This document shows positions 48,141-61,712 of a stretch of 64,000 nt of DNA, piece by piece. Position numbers and translations under genes: made by a program. The stretch covers positions 63,800,001-63,864,000 of the forward strand of contig CM059432.1 in assembly GCA_030390025.1 (NCBI GenBank). The letters run 5' to 3'. Each line of letters opens with the position of its first letter. The stretch's first letter is position 1. This DNA comes from Squalus acanthias (Eukaryota). The notes below the pieces were generated by a model that was not told where the DNA came from, did not search any database, and was given only the letters and a program-made list of their open reading frames with translations.

Positions 48141-49249
48141 TCATTCAGTCGAACCGGAGTCTGATGAGGCATTCACGACAGCCTGTCCAGAATGGGGATT
48201 TGCTGCCTGCCTCCTCCCTTCCTCCTCCTCCTCTTCCTCCTCCTGAGGTGGTCCCACAACCCCTGGTGGCAAGGGCTGTGCCTTCATGATGGCCAAGTCG
48301 TGGAGCATGCAGCAGACCAACAGGAAATGGGACATCTGCTCCGGCGAGTACTGGAGGGCTCCTCCCGAGCTGTCAAGGCAGCGGAACCATTGCTTGAGCA
48401 CCCCGATGGTCTGCTCAATGACATTCCTGGTGGCAGCATGGCTGTCATTATATGAGTGCTGGGCATGAGTGGTGGGGTTGCGGAGGGGATTCATCAGCCA
48501 GGTGCAGAGCGGATAGCCCTTGTCTCCGAGCAGCCACCCTTGGGTTTGACGTGGTGGCTGGAAGACTGCTGGCGCAGGATGAAGGCATCATGACTGCTGC
48601 CAGGATAGCGGGCATTGACTATCAGGATGCGCTGGGCGTGGCCGCACAACAAATGCACGTTAATTGAGTTGTAGCCTTTGCGGTTATGGAACATTTCAGT
48701 ATTGTTACATGATGCGCGCAAAGCCACGTGTGTGCAGTCGATGGTGCCCTACACCATGGGGAAGCCCAATATCCTGGCAAAGCCACATGCGCGCTCCTCC
48801 TGCTTCTCTCTGTTCAGCCCCTTCTCCTGGAGTACAGAGCCGCTGTGACTTCCTGGATGCAGCGATGGACGGTGAACTGGGAGATGTTAGCTATGCTGCC
48901 TGCAGCAGACTGAAAGGATTTGCTGCAAAAAAAATAAATCGGTGACCTTGAGGGCGACTGGGAGAGCCATGGTCGCCCTGCTCTGAGGCAGCAGGTCTAG
49001 TTGCAGGAGGTGGCAGAGTTCTGTGACCACCTCCTTGGTGAAGCAGAGCCTCCTAATACACTGCTCCTGGCTTAAGTGCAGGTAGGAGAAGTGCTCTCAG
49101 AAGACCCTAGGTATGTAAGGCCTCCTGCTGAGAGCCCTCCTGCCCCTCCTTCTCCTCCCTCTGCGAGCATCTTGTCCTCTTCTTTGCTGCCCCCGCTCCA
49201 TCTCCCTAAGATACGCGAGCATGAGGGGGACTACAAGTAGAACCTCCAT
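48141..49249 (-). pseudogene. Harbinger DDE transposase (HARBI1-like)
   Basis: [56 protein letters not shown]. Confidence 0.9.
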
Positions 49250-50369
49250 GACTGTGAGCAAGTGATGTGAGCAAAAGCCTTTAAATGAGAAGCAAAGTTT
49301 TCTCCACTTGCAGCAACACTCCCTGTGACCTCAGCAACTTTAAACAAGTTTAGAAAGCTCCAAGAGTTGCAGAAACTTAGACAGAGCCAGTAGAACTGAA
49401 AAGGCATGTCAGCTGCAAGTTGATGATGATCCCTTTAAATAGCTCTCCTTCCTGCTGCAGAACGCTTGCTCAGCTGGTCGTGATTAGGAGAGGGCAGTAA
49501 GTAGAGTGGTGATGTCTAAAATGGCAGATCATGCATCAAATCAGTGTTGCAGCGAGCGCAGGCAATGGCAGCGTGGCCGACCTACCCAAAATGGCGGCTG
49601 CCGCGAGACCCGCCGGAAGTGGGTGGAAGCGAGTTGGCTGCCATTTTTTCTTCAAAACGGGTCTTAACGGCCGGCTCTAAACCCCCAAATTTATCGGCCT
49701 ACCTTCTTAAATCATTGCTAAATCTTTAGGTGAATCAGATATTTTTGATATATATTTACAGGGCTCACAATAGGAATTCCTGTCAGGATTAAATTGGATT
49801 CTTTGATGAAATCCTTAGTAATATTTTTGTAACCTGCAGGGTGGTGTACTGATAAATGTGAATTGATTGCACAACATGAAGTCAAATAAGTGCTATTTTT
49901 AAAAGAATATGTGATATACATTTTTCTCATTCAGAATTTGAATGAAAAGATACTTAATTATTAAAAAATGTTAGTCACACTGACAGCAATTATTGAAAAA
50001 TATATTATTGCTTCCAATGACTGGCTGTGAAACCGTAATGAGTCCAGATTGCAAAATGCATATTCCAAAGATTTTTTTGAATAGAATAAGGACCATCCTA
50101 CTTTATCCTGATAATGCTAGTTCTATTTTCATCATATTTTCACGTAGGCAATTAATTCCAGATGTTAACCTTAACAGTTATGCGCATAAACACACAATCT
50201 GGTGCGAGCACAAGTCATTGATTGGTTGAATCTTCATTTATGCCATTTAACCACGACAGATAAATGAAAAGGGATTCTGCTGATTAAAATAATATCCAAA
50301 CCTTTCCATCATTGCAAAACACATTTTACTCTTTAAAAAAAGAATATTTGATTAAAAGTTTTTTTTAAA

Positions 50370-50525
50370 AAGCTGAATACTCACATCAGGTCAGTGAGCA
50401 TTTGAAAGAAAAAGGTTAATGTTTCAGGCATAACCTTCAGCAGAACTATTTTGACGAGAGATTCCTTCTCAAATTGTAACCTATTTTTATTTTATTTATG
50501 CATCGAGCATTTCCAGCTTTTCTTT
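50370..50525. mobile_element. Heavily decayed inverted pair of hammerhead-type Penelope mini repeats
   Basis: ggttaatgtttcagg...ccttcagcagaact resembles 30621-57, followed by tgacgagagattccttctcaaattgtaac and gagcatttccagc in the opposite orientation. Confidence 0.5.
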
Positions 50526-50995
50526 TTGTCCAAACATATTTGATTATTGTGTTATTCCTCCTGCTCCTCGTGGCCCCACAAAAATAAATAAGTACTTACC
50601 TTTGAGCTCCTCTTCGACTAGACTGCCAGCTGATACTGGCTGGAGTGTGCACAGCGCAAACTACGCCAAGGTGAATCCGAAAATGGCACTGGGATCCTAT
50701 TGATGTTATAGGATTTGATTTAAATACCTAAATTAGGTGTGTGCTTGCTTCAGACGGCAAAATGACGATGACCACACCAATGGCGGGAACGTGGCGATAA
50801 GTTCTACCGCAGAACTTTCTGAGTGCTACCATCCCCCTTTCTGTCAGGTGGGAGACCTCAAAATCTCCCTCGTTGTTTCTTGCCCGTTAACCCACTTTCT
50901 ATCCATGAAGCTATATTTCTTCTTGTACCAGTCCCTTGAATTTTTCAAACAATAGTTTGTGAGACACTTTACCGAATGCCTTCTGAAAATAATTT

Positions 50996-51212
50996 GGCTA
51001 GAAATTGGAAATTGACAGAAACCTGCCATGTCACCACGGCCTCGGGTTTACGGCCGCTGAAATGGCCGCAGCGCTACCGGGCAAAAATTCACATTGGGGG
51101 CTGGAGATTTCTAGCACAGCGCTAACTTACCGTGCAACACCCTCCTGGTGGCGTTAGTTGAGGCATCTGACGAATAAAAATAAAAATGCACTAAGGTAGG
51201 GAATTTCTCCCC
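50996..51212. mobile_element. Short Harbinger-type MITE
   Basis: Ends GGCTAGAAATT / AATTTCTCCCC. Interior similar to 8945-9075. Confidence 0.7.
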
Positions 51213-51724
51213 CTCTGTGTTACATCTACTGCATTTCTTTCATCTATCTAATCAGTCACCTCCTCAAAACATTCTATTAATTTTGTCTCAAATTCTCCAT
51301 TCAAAGGGGTCGATTATAACTTGTCAAAATTGGCATTAATGGGATAGTAACAGAATGGGCTTGTTAGGCTTATTAACCATTAACGCTGATGGTTGGCCCA
51401 GGCAGTAAGGCCCTTTTAATATACAGTTCAGGATCCTCTGTAAATCGGACCCTGATTGCCATTTTATGATAGAACTGGTCAGAGTGTGCACCCTGCACTC
51501 TTTGTGCTGGCTTGAATCCGGCAAACTGCATCGCGATGCATCTCCGTATCACATTCGTCCACGGTTATTAATGCTTCTAACATATCAATTGTGTTTTCAA
51601 TGCTTTGTGCATTCACGTACAAGCCACTCAATCCTTATTCTGATGTTTTGAAACCTTGACCATTTTTCTTTTCCCTGGTTTTCTCATTTTGTGTTTTGAT
51701 CTCTCTTGCTCCTTCTATAACATT

Positions 51725-52487
51725 GGCCCGAAAATTAGACCTAATACGCGAGAGTACGCACTGTGTACTCTCGCGTATTAGGTCCCGAATTGCCGGTTTC
51801 CTGCATGCACTGCGCATGCGCGGGAAACCGGCACTTCGTTTATTGCAAAGGGGGCGGTTCCTAAGTGAACCACGTGCGCGCTACAGGCTGCGCGCACGCA
51901 GTGCACTTAGTTTTTTTTTCAGGTTTGAACGCGCAGGTAAGTGTTGAAGATTTTACACATAAAGAAAGCAGGCGTAGGACCCCCTTTTAACAAGGTAAGT
52001 AGTTAATTAAGTGTTATTTTAATTTTTTGTCAACAGGTTTATCTTTTGTAGAGACTTTAAAAAAGGTAAGTTTATTTTTATAACTTTTAAAAAGATTTTA
52101 AATTTTTTCAAAAATTTTATTTTTTGTTTAAAGTGGTTAATTTATTTAACTATAGTTATTTTATTAATGTGATGGCTTTTTAAAAAAATTAATTGAGGTT
52201 TAGCTGTTCTTTTGGGGGCTTGTAGTATTCATAGCTTTGACAGCCCTTGCTGCCAAAACTATGAATGAAAGATGGTGTGCTGCCATTGGCTCTAACTAAA
52301 TCACGTGATCCCAGAGCTCGCACGAACTAATTGCGCCTCTGGGACACGCAAGCACTGCACGGTTGCAACAGGGAGAGGCCCTGAAACTGAAGTTCGTGTG
52401 GGCCCCAAACAAAAAGGTAGGCGCGGAGTGCGATATCGCGGGGAATCCTTACCCCCGCGGGAACCATCGATGTTTAATTTCTGGGCC
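51725..52487 (+). mobile_element. Hairpin-rich Harbinger-TIR MITE, copy 3
   Basis: TIR GGCCCGAAAATTA / TAATTTCTGGGCC, exact TSD ATT (51722-24, 52488-90). Confidence 0.9.
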
Positions 52488-52988
52488 ATTGTTTTTATCT
52501 CACACTATTTCAACAGCTCTTTCTTTCCTTTTCTCCCTTGATGACATTTTCTCACCGTGGCTCTGTATTTCCTTGAACTTCTGTCGCTGTATCACCGTAA
52601 CGGTGGAAACCTTCTCTACACCGTGAACAGAGTTTCCAACATATTTCTGGCAGAAATCTGAGGAAATTCCAGGCCCATTTACTTCAGCTAAAGCTTCTGC
52701 TTCTATTCCAATAGCTTTATTAATCCTGCTGTGCCTCACTAGTCTCAAACCTAAACTCTCCCACCCACCTGTTATATTAGTTTACATTCTCCCCATTGCT
52801 TTATTTATCCTTTCCAGAAGCACATTGTTGCCGTTTCAGTTGAAGTGAAGGCTGCCCCTTTGGTATATCCTTCACTTGTTCCAGAAATCCTCCAATGCTC
52901 CAAGAATGCGAGCATTTCTTTCCTGCCTTGCAGCCATGCTTTGAACTTTCTTATTTTCCTTTGCCATTAGATTTTGGCTTAAAATTTA

Positions 52989-53513
52989 CAGGTAGAAATT
53001 GGTTCCTGCTCCTTTTTTGGGTCCAACATAGGTAATGTGCCAAAGGCCCGAGGCTCATCCGAAATTGGGCCTTGGCCCTCATTTTAATAATAATATGCTC
53101 GCCTGAAATCGTAAATTAAATTTGGGCCTGTTGCCTTGCCAGCAGCGGCCCTTAAATAAGGACGTTGGGGAGGAGAAGAAGAAAAAGAAGGGGAAGATCA
53201 CCCTCCAGGCTCCATATGAAGGTAAGTAAAAAAAAAACACTTACTTTTTGTTGCCAGCCGTTTCTTAGTTTGTAGCCATCCCACCAAAACCTTAGTAGAA
53301 CAGACCTGCAGACTGCTCTGCTCAGCCTCTGACCAATATTGCTGAGGGGCCTTAAACAAGTGTTAGGACCCTCATTAGAATATTCAAGGGACCTAAAGCC
53401 TGTTTAAGGCGGTCGCGCAACACTGCTGAAAATAGGCCAATATTTGAACTTAGCCATTTTTTCCTCCATTTTCCTCCCGGAATATGGGTACAACAAAGGC
53501 CAATTTCTACCTC
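52989..53513. mobile_element. Harbinger-type MITE
   Basis: 13-bp inverted ends AGGTAGAAATTGG / CCAATTTCTACCT. TSD not clear. Confidence 0.7.
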
Positions 53514-54924
53514 CCAACACTGATTTTTATTTGTGGTGCAGGTCAGGCAGAAGGCAGTGGGTGGGCATTGCCCAATAATGTTGGTGGGAGGACCAATCGA
53601 TTTTCAAGATTGGGTTTCATTATAAATATTGGAGCCAAGCTGCCAGGTCTAATTGTGCTGCTTATAGGCAGCTCACTGTTTGGGAGGGCAGGCAATCCAA
53701 TGGGCTTGCCACTTCTTAAAGCTAGTATGCAGCTCTTAAAGGGAAGGTGGAGTTTTCAGTGGTGGTAAGTCAACAGCATATTACTAAGGTAGCTTGCAGA
53801 TTGATGACATCCTGATTTCCAGATACTGCCATGGAGGTTGTAGTGGGACAAGTGAGGACCAATAAGGAGGTCCTCATTCCTTCAGATGGGCGACGGGTAC
53901 CTCACCAAATTAGCCAGCCGCTGTGGAGAAATGGACTGGGCAGGTCAATGCCAGCAACATAGTTCCTGGAACCAGGATTGCCAAGGTAAAAGTCCTCTTC
54001 ACATCTCTCCTACTCTCTACACTGCCCTGAAATAGCAGACTTTAGGCCCAGCATTAGCAATGCTTTCCCCCACTTCACAAGCCTCACCTCCAAGAAACAT
54101 ATCGACACCTCCTTCTGCTTGCACTCACACGCTCAATACCTGCTACTGCCCTCACAATGAGTTCTTGCTCTTGCCCACACCTGCTACTTCTGCCTCTCAC
54201 CCTCCCATTCTTCTTGCAGCAGAAACTGGCACACAGTCAAAGGGAGGTCTCAAGAGCAGGAGTTGCAAACTTTTGCAAACAGCCTCAAGACTAAAGGAGA
54301 CAATCCTCCCAAAGATTCACTGTCACTCACTCTTCCAAGCACTAGCATAAAAATCAACATCCCACCTGGTATATATAGTGAGGCAGAGTGGTCTGCACAG
54401 GGTGATTCATGGAGGAGCAGGTGAAAATGGAAAGGACATTCTTTCTGGGCTGTATTGGAGGAAGCCACCAGATTTGCTCAGGAAGCAGTTCGTTGGAGGG
54501 CAAGCTTGGGTCCTAGCTCTAATGAAGAGGACTTTAAGAGCCCAGCCTTAAAAGAAATATGTTACCTGTACACCATTGCTGAATGCATTGAATTGCTTGC
54601 CAGGCAGCCACTACAACAGGGATTTAATCAGCTGACGCACTCTTCCGTAATCTCTTGCCAAAGAGCCCTGGCTACAGGTGGGTGTTGGAGCCCTTCCGTT
54701 TTTTCATCATCCTATATTAGCAGTGTCGTCTCCATCACTTTGCTGAAGGTCCTCGCACAAATATGGATCCATGTGTTGATCCCATTGCAGGACAAAATTA
54801 TGCAGCATTTAGCAAACCACTATCGTACAGGATGCTCTTTCTGGGCTGCATTGGAGGAAGTCACCAAACCTGGCCAGGCAGCAGAATCGTTGCTCGAGGA
54901 CTCTAGTCATTGCTTGTGACAAGG

Positions 54925-55075
54925 TCAATATTTATCCTCCAACAACACTAAAAAAAAACAGATTATCTGGTCATTACCTCATTGCTGTTTGCGGGAGCTT
55001 GCTGTGTGCAAATTGGCTGCCACTTCAGAAGTACCAAGTGCTTTGGGACGTCCTGAGGTCATGAAAGGTGCTAGC
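54925..55075 (+). mobile_element. SacSINE1/DeuSINE-like SINE 3' fragment
   Basis: cagattatctggtcatt..cattgctgtttgcgggagcttgctgtg..aaattggctgc..gctttgggacgtcctgaggtcatgaaagg. Family name from recall. Confidence 0.7.
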
Positions 55076-55429
55076 TGTGGAGTGGGTTGCAGGTCTTGAT
55101 GAAGGAGGCAACACAACTCTGTGACAGCCTCCCTGGAGAAACGCAGCCCCCTTAGATACTGTTCCTCAGAGAACTGCAGATATGTTGTCCTGGGCCGACA
55201 GAATCTGATGGGAGGATAAGGATTCCTGTGAGGCCATGTCCTTCTAGCTGGTCTCCCTGCAGCTGCAGCTCTATGTGTTCCTTCTGCCTGTTAAAGCTGC
55301 TTCTCTTTTTCTGGCTGGCATGGAATTGCTAGAAGCGTAATCATTTTTTAAAAAGTGCATTGCCAGTACACTCTTAAGATCTCAGAAGGTTGTCTTGCCA
55401 CAACAAAGAGGGAAAGAAACAACGAAAGA

Positions 55430-55546
55430 ACTTACAGGATGTCACAAAGCGCTTCACAGCCAATGAAGTACTTTTGAAGTGCCGTCACTGTTGTAATGCA
55501 GAGAAACATTCCAGCCAATTAATGCACAGCAAGGTCCCACAAACAT
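55430..55546 (-). mobile_element. Second fragment of the same SINE, opposite orientation
   Basis: aaagcgcttcacagccaatgaagtacttttgaagtg..cactgttgtaatg..cacagcaaggtcccacaaaca. Confidence 0.7.
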
Positions 55547-55771
55547 GCAACATTAAAATTGAATAATTTGCCTAAAAACACTTCGAACTACCAGCAAATT
55601 GTTTCCCAAACCTTTGCGGTATTTAAAATGAGAGCAGGTGAACATCCCTTTAGGTAGCACTGGAAATGGCTGCCTCCCGACTTATGGGGGTGTGGGCTGG
55701 AGGTAAATCCCCCATGGGGATCTCAGTGTGAGACCTGGGCCATTTCAACTGTCGGCCCTTATTTAAACAGT

Positions 55772-56902
55772 CAGAGCTCAGCGATCCCACAACCAATGGA
55801 TCAGATCAAAGCTCTGCAGTCCTGCCACATCCAGTCGTGAGTGGTGGTGGACAATTAAACAACTAACGGGAGAAGGTGGCTCCATGAATATCCCCATCCT
55901 CAATGATGGTGGAGCCCAGCACGTGAGTGCAAAAGACAAGGCTGAAGCATTTGCATCCATCTTCATCCAGAAGAGCCGAGTGGATGATCCATCTCGGCCC
56001 CCTCCTGAGGTCCCCACCATCATAGATGCCAATCTTCAGCCAATTCGATTCACTCCACGTAATATCAAGAAATGGCTGAGCACATTGAATACAGCAAAGG
56101 CTGTGGGCCCTGACAACATCCTGGCTGTAGTGCTGAAGACTTGTGCTTCAGAACTAGCCCCGCCTCTGGCCAAGCTGTTCCAGTACAGCTACAACACTGG
56201 CATCTACCCGATAAAGTGGAAAATTGCCCAGGTATGCCCTGTCCACAAAAAGCAGGATAAATCCAATCTGGCCAATTACTGCTCCATCAGTCTACTCTCA
56301 ATCATCAGCAAAGTGATAGAAGGGGTCATCAACAGTGCTATCAAGAGGCACTTACTCACCAATAACCTGCTCACCGATGCTCAGTTTGGGTTCCGCCAGG
56401 ACCACATGGCTCCAGACCTCATTACAGCCTTGGTTCAAACATAGACAAAAGAGCTGAAATCCAGAGGCGAGGTGACATCAAGGCAGCATTTGACCGAGTG
56501 TGGCATCAAGGAGCCCTAGTAAAATTGAAGTCACTGGGAATCAGGGGGAAACTCTCCACTGGCTGGAGTCATACCTAGCACAAATTTTCAGCAGCTTCAT
56601 CAATGACCTTCCCTCCATCATAAGGTCAGAAGTGGGGATGTTCGCTGATGATTCCTCAGATAATGAAACAGTCCGTGCCCACATGCAGCAAGACCTGGAC
56701 AACATTAAGGCTTGGGCTGATAAGTGGCAAGTAACATTCGCGCCACACAAGTGCCAGGCAATGTCCATCAACAAGAGAGAGTCTATCCATCTCCCCTTGA
56801 CATTCAACAGCATTACCATCAAAGGCAATTACGGATGGGCAATAAATGCTGGCCTGGCCTTGCCAGCAATGCCTACATCCCATGAATGAATAAATAAAAA
56901 TA
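55772..56902 (+). mobile_element. 5'-truncated, internally deleted copy of the tRNA-headed LINE family
   Basis: ORF 55884..56444 matches 37020-37560. 3' end ggcaataaatgctggcc...gaatgaataaataaaaa. Confidence 0.9.
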
Positions 56903-58707
56903 AGTATCCAGGACAGTCTCCCACTTGAAACTGGCAGGATTGATATCAGGGCCAGCGGGCAGATGTGGAAATCGAGTCGGGAGCCTTAGAACACCGGGGA
57001 CTCAAGAGAACTGTCCTTGGCATAAAGTTAATGCTGTTCAAGGGCTTTGGCAGCCGATGCCAGTGCCAAGAGGCCTGGGCAAGGCCGAGGCTGAGGAGGC
57101 CCAAGGACTCCTTGTGGGGCCTGCGGGGAGCACTTTTGCTCATCCTGGCCCACAAGGATTTCACAGAAAAGTAATTTTTTAAACTTATGTTAGCCTCTTC
57201 TGGCCAGTCTGCTCATCCCTCTGTGGTTTGGCTGTTGGGCTGTTTGGCTCCCGAGTCCCGAAAACATCATCGATCCACGACTTTTTAATTTAAATTATGC
57301 CCTCCCTTGCCTGCAGCGGGAGCCTCGGCCGACTTCAAAGCTGATGAAGATAAAATATTGTTGGGTGGGAATGGTGGGGATTCGGGCTGATAAATGGACT
57401 CAGCCTGATGTTAATCCCTTCCATTCTCGCTGGGCAAGGGGGGTTAAAATTGAGGCCATCGACTGTGGTTTTTGGGTGCATTCAGGGTTGGCAGAGAATA
57501 GTAGAGATGGAATTTGGGGCAGGATTTGGATATGGTGGGTCTCAATCTTGTTAGATGACTTGCTGGAGTTTCCTGTAGACTGGTCTGGTAGTGCCCCCAT
57601 ACAAAATCCAAACTGGCAAATAAACATAATGGGGATGGTTAGAAGCACTCACCCCTTCCTAGAGTACAATTTGTAGGGTATGTTTGGAGAGGTGGATACC
57701 TGGCAGATCTAGGTTCCACCAAAAAATTCCACTGCCCCTGCCCCCCCCCACCCCCGGTCAGAATTGTACTCTAGTTCGTCCATCCCCTAGAGTACAGAAT
57801 TTGCAGGCCAAGTTATTTACAACAAAGAACTGGCATACACCCATTAATTATATATATATCGGTTGGCTGAAAGTTAAATTGAGTTCAAATTCCTTTCTTG
57901 ATGTGAAGTTTGCTGCTCTTATCAAGGGAGGATAAGGCATGGCTTTTTTTTTGCCGTTCTCTTGTAACAGTAGTGCCAATGTATAATAATAAAAGTTCAC
58001 TTGTAAATCTCAGACTTGGAATTGGAAATGGATTCTCTAAAGCTACATCTATATACAGTTAAATGATAAATATTACATTTCATTTCATTTGTAGCTATCT
58101 AGAACTGATTGCTATGTGAAGAAACATGGTTTTTCCTGGGGCAGATAGTGAAAAGTCAGAAGACAGATCTATGCAAAGACAAAAATAAGATATGATTATC
58201 CTCAAATTGCTACAAATCGATTTCCCAACAGCCTTTAAATAACCAAGGCACAAATGTGGACCATGTACCAAATGCTCATAATTGAAAAGAAATTTATTGT
58301 TGTAATATGTGTAGTCAGTGGATCCAGAACAAAATAATTCACTTTTGTACCTTAGCCTGGATGTTATTCGAGAATGATTGATACAGACATGACTTTTACC
58401 CTAAAATTAAATGAGATACAATGCAGTTTAGCTGCGATGTTAGGTACTTTCAGCAATGTCCTTATATCTATACTATAAATCCTATTTCCTTATTTTTGTG
58501 CCCAGATTTGATATGAGTTTCCAGAGATGATGGCTGTTTGAACAACTTCAGTTTGTAACTTACCAAGAAAGTCCCTTTCATTTTATGAAGCCAGTTGAAT
58601 ATTTTTTGTCCTATCATTTATACTGCCCTCCCAAATTCATTGATCATGCTTTGCTGGAATTTTAGATGATGTACTGAAATTTCATAGGAGGATAAGTAAG
58701 AAAATAT

Positions 58708-59520
58708 AGGGGGTTATTTTGCCCAAAGGGTGAAAACAGGCACTAAATGGATGCAGTGCTAATAAGACTAGCAGAGAATTTCCAGAAAAAATGTTGACAA
58801 GAGTGTTGGTGAAGTCTTGACAAATTGTCCCAGAAAGTCTCCTGATGTGTTACTCCCAAACAGCTGGTCATTGTTAGGAGAGGGCATTAGGTGAAGTGCA
58901 AGCCATTAAATGCTGTGCAGCATCTTTAATGAGCGCTAGCATGCATTTTAAGTGGTAATCAGCTGTTTAACAAGCCTCCAAGCAGCCTTTCCTAGCACAG
59001 GCTTCAACTCCTTTGCCAAGATGGCATCTTGTGCTAAAAGTGGGCTAAACCAGCACTTCAGCTTAAGATCCCATCTTGGACACCTCTTTACCTCTTTAGT
59101 GCCTAAAGTATTCAACAAAAATCGACCCCCCTCCCGCCCCCCGTCGACTGCTGTGCTACTGCACCTTATTGGACAGCTCATAGGAGTCACCAGGAGAAAG
59201 GGCATTTTTGGTCATCGGCATCTTGCTCTGGACAAGGAATAGGAGGAGGACATGAGACCAGGCAGAGCAGCACCAGTTGCTGCAGGAGAGAGGGACATGA
59301 TGGCAAGGTGGAATCCTTCCCACTTGCGGGTACAGTACATCCCTCCTCCTCTGGACCTCCTCCACTGGGACCTCCAGTTCCGCATCTGAGAACTTGTGCA
59401 ACCTTTCCCTCGGTCCGTGAACCATCCTGCAATGTGCTACTGTATGCCAGCCAGAGCACTCTACACCTTCAGTGGAGATGGGTGTGAGTAGCCCTCATAT
59501 ACTGCATGATGAAAATTGCG
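58708..59520 (-). mobile_element. Old internally deleted Harbinger derivative with Myb exon-1 remnant
   Basis: ORF 59156..59425 begins RERLHKFSDAELEVPVEEVQRRRDVLYP. Confidence 0.65.
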
Positions 59521-60431
59521 TCTAATCAGCACTTGAGTGCTAAACTTGCAGGGCCTAGAAATTGGACAAGGCCCGAAAACAGGCACGGAGATCATGGAGC
59601 GCGATTAACCGCACCTGTTCCTTCCAGTGGTGGGCTGCATGCAATTGTCGTTTAAATTAACATGTAAAATTTGTGCTGCCTGCTAATTTAAATGACAGTA
59701 GCGTGCAGCCCAGCCTGAAATGCGCTGTTGAGTGGCTGCACACTTCAGCAGGAGGACCAAGTTCGTGCAAGGCTAGCAGCAATTAAAGCTAGCCTACACT
59801 ACTTAAAGCCAGCCTGCTCCTCTTAAAGGGGAGGTGCATTCTGGCTGGAGCAGGTGCTGGAAGTAGCTGGGGAAGACATTCTGAGCAGGAACAAGCCTGA
59901 CGAATGGCGCAACAGGGTAGCGAGCTTCAAGGTTCTCAGATACAGCACTGGAGGTCTTGGTGCAGGAGGTGGACAGGAAGAGAGAGGTCCTCTATCCACA
60001 GGGGGCCAGGAGGCCCTCCAGACAAAGTGTGAGAAGGTAATGGGAGCAGATAGCTGACGTGGTCAATGCCAGGAGTCAAACCCAAGAGTCCCGAGGACCT
60101 GGATGCAGGGCCGCAAGAAGTTTAATGACCTCACACAAGTGATCAAGCTCAGTGAATTCATCTTCAAATATCATATCCTTACAATTGATCCACTAGGCTC
60201 AGACACTGCTCAATTCACCAACCCCCTTCACTCACCTATCAACAATCTCTATCAATCACGACTCATACTTCACATTCATAGCTTCACCTCACCCTCGCAC
60301 ACTTAGCACTGCTGCAAGCCTCACACTCACATCTCACAGCTTGCACACACTGCCAGCTATTCAATTATGACAGGCACATCGCCCAAACACATTGCACCAC
60401 ACTCACTGACACTTCCCTCTCTCTTGCATGA

Positions 60432-61712
60432 ATCATAGAATCATAGAATCATAGAAGATAGGAGCAGGAGTAAGCCATTCGACCCCTCGAGCCTGCTCCG
60501 CCATTTAATGTGATCATGGCTGATCATCCAAATTCAGTACCCTGTCCCTGCTTTCTCCCCATATCCCTTGATCCCTTTAGCCTTAAGAAATATATCCAAC
60601 TCCTTCTTGAATCTATTTAATGAATTGGCCTCTACTGCCTTCTGTGGCAGAGAATTCCACAGGTTCACCACTCTCTGGGTGAAGAAATTCCTCCTCATTT
60701 CTGTCCTAAATGGCTTACCCCTTATCCTTAGACTGTGACCCCTGGTTCTGGACTCCCCGACCATCGGGAACATCCTTCCTGCATCTAGTTTGTCCTGTCC
60801 TGTCAGAATTTTATAAGTTTCAATGAGATCCCCTCTCATTCTTCTAAACTCCAGCGAGTATAAGCCCAATCGACCCAATCTCTCTTCATACGTCATTCCT
60901 GCCATCCCAGGTATCGGCCTTGTGAATCTTCGCTGAACTCCTTCCATGGCAAGAACATCCTTCCTCAGATAAGGTGACCAAAACTGCACACAGTACTCAA
61001 GGTGTGGTTTCACCAAGGCCCTGTACAACTGCAGCAAGACATCCTTGTTCCTGTACTCAAACCCTCTCGCTATGAAGGCCAACATACCATTTGCCTTCTT
61101 AACCACCTGCTGCACCTGCATGCTTACCTTCAGCGACTGGTGCACAAGGACACCCAGGTCTCGTTGCACTTCCCCTTCTCCCACTCTATTGCCATTCAGA
61201 TAATAATCTGCCTTTCTGTTTTTGACACCAAAGTGGATAACCTCGCATTTATCCACGTTATATTGCATCACCCAACCTGTCCAAATCATCCTGGAGTTTC
61301 TCGGCATCCTACTCGCAGCACACACGCCCACCCAGCTTTGTGTCATCTGCAAACTTGGAGGTATTACATCCAGTTCCCTTGTCTAGATAATCAATATATA
61401 TTGTGAATAGCTGGGGTCCAAGGACCGATCCCTGCGGTACCCCACTAGTCACTGCCTGCCACTCGGAAAAAGACCTGTTTATTCCAACTCTTTGCTTTCT
61501 GTCTGCCAACCAGTTCTCTATCCAAGTCAATACCTTGCCCCCAATCCCATGTGCCTTAACTTTACACGCTAATCTCTTATGCGGGACCTTATCAAAAGCC
61601 TTTTGGAAGTCCAAATACACCACATCCACTGGTTCTCCCTTATCTATTTTACCAGTTACATCCTCAAAAAATTCCAGTAGTTTAGTCAAGCATGATTTAC
61701 CTTTTGTAAATC
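60432..61712 (-). mobile_element. 5'-truncated CR1 inserted at the Myb intron 1/exon 2 boundary
   Basis: ORFs 61309..61689 and 60534..61352 (RT), (atcataga)n tail, CATGA at both junctions. Confidence 0.93.

Larger units (their letters stand above)
45837..49698. mobile_element. Decayed two-gene Harbinger, left terminus lost at the Penelope junction
   Basis: Myb-like gene on +, HARBI1-like gene on -, right end ...ccccaaatttatcggcc. Confidence 0.85.

Noticed and set aside
53520..54300. Further very old Harbinger/Myb-like remnants and decayed LINE pieces (also ~16800-17200, 52500-52980, 56920-57460)
   Set aside because: Similarity is suggestive but boundaries and identity could not be supported well enough by eye to list as features.
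54925..55546. Inverted SINE fragments as a designed hairpin or composite element
   Set aside because: Both are decayed, only partly overlap in homology, and lack a shared TSD, so chance proximity of an abundant SINE suffices.
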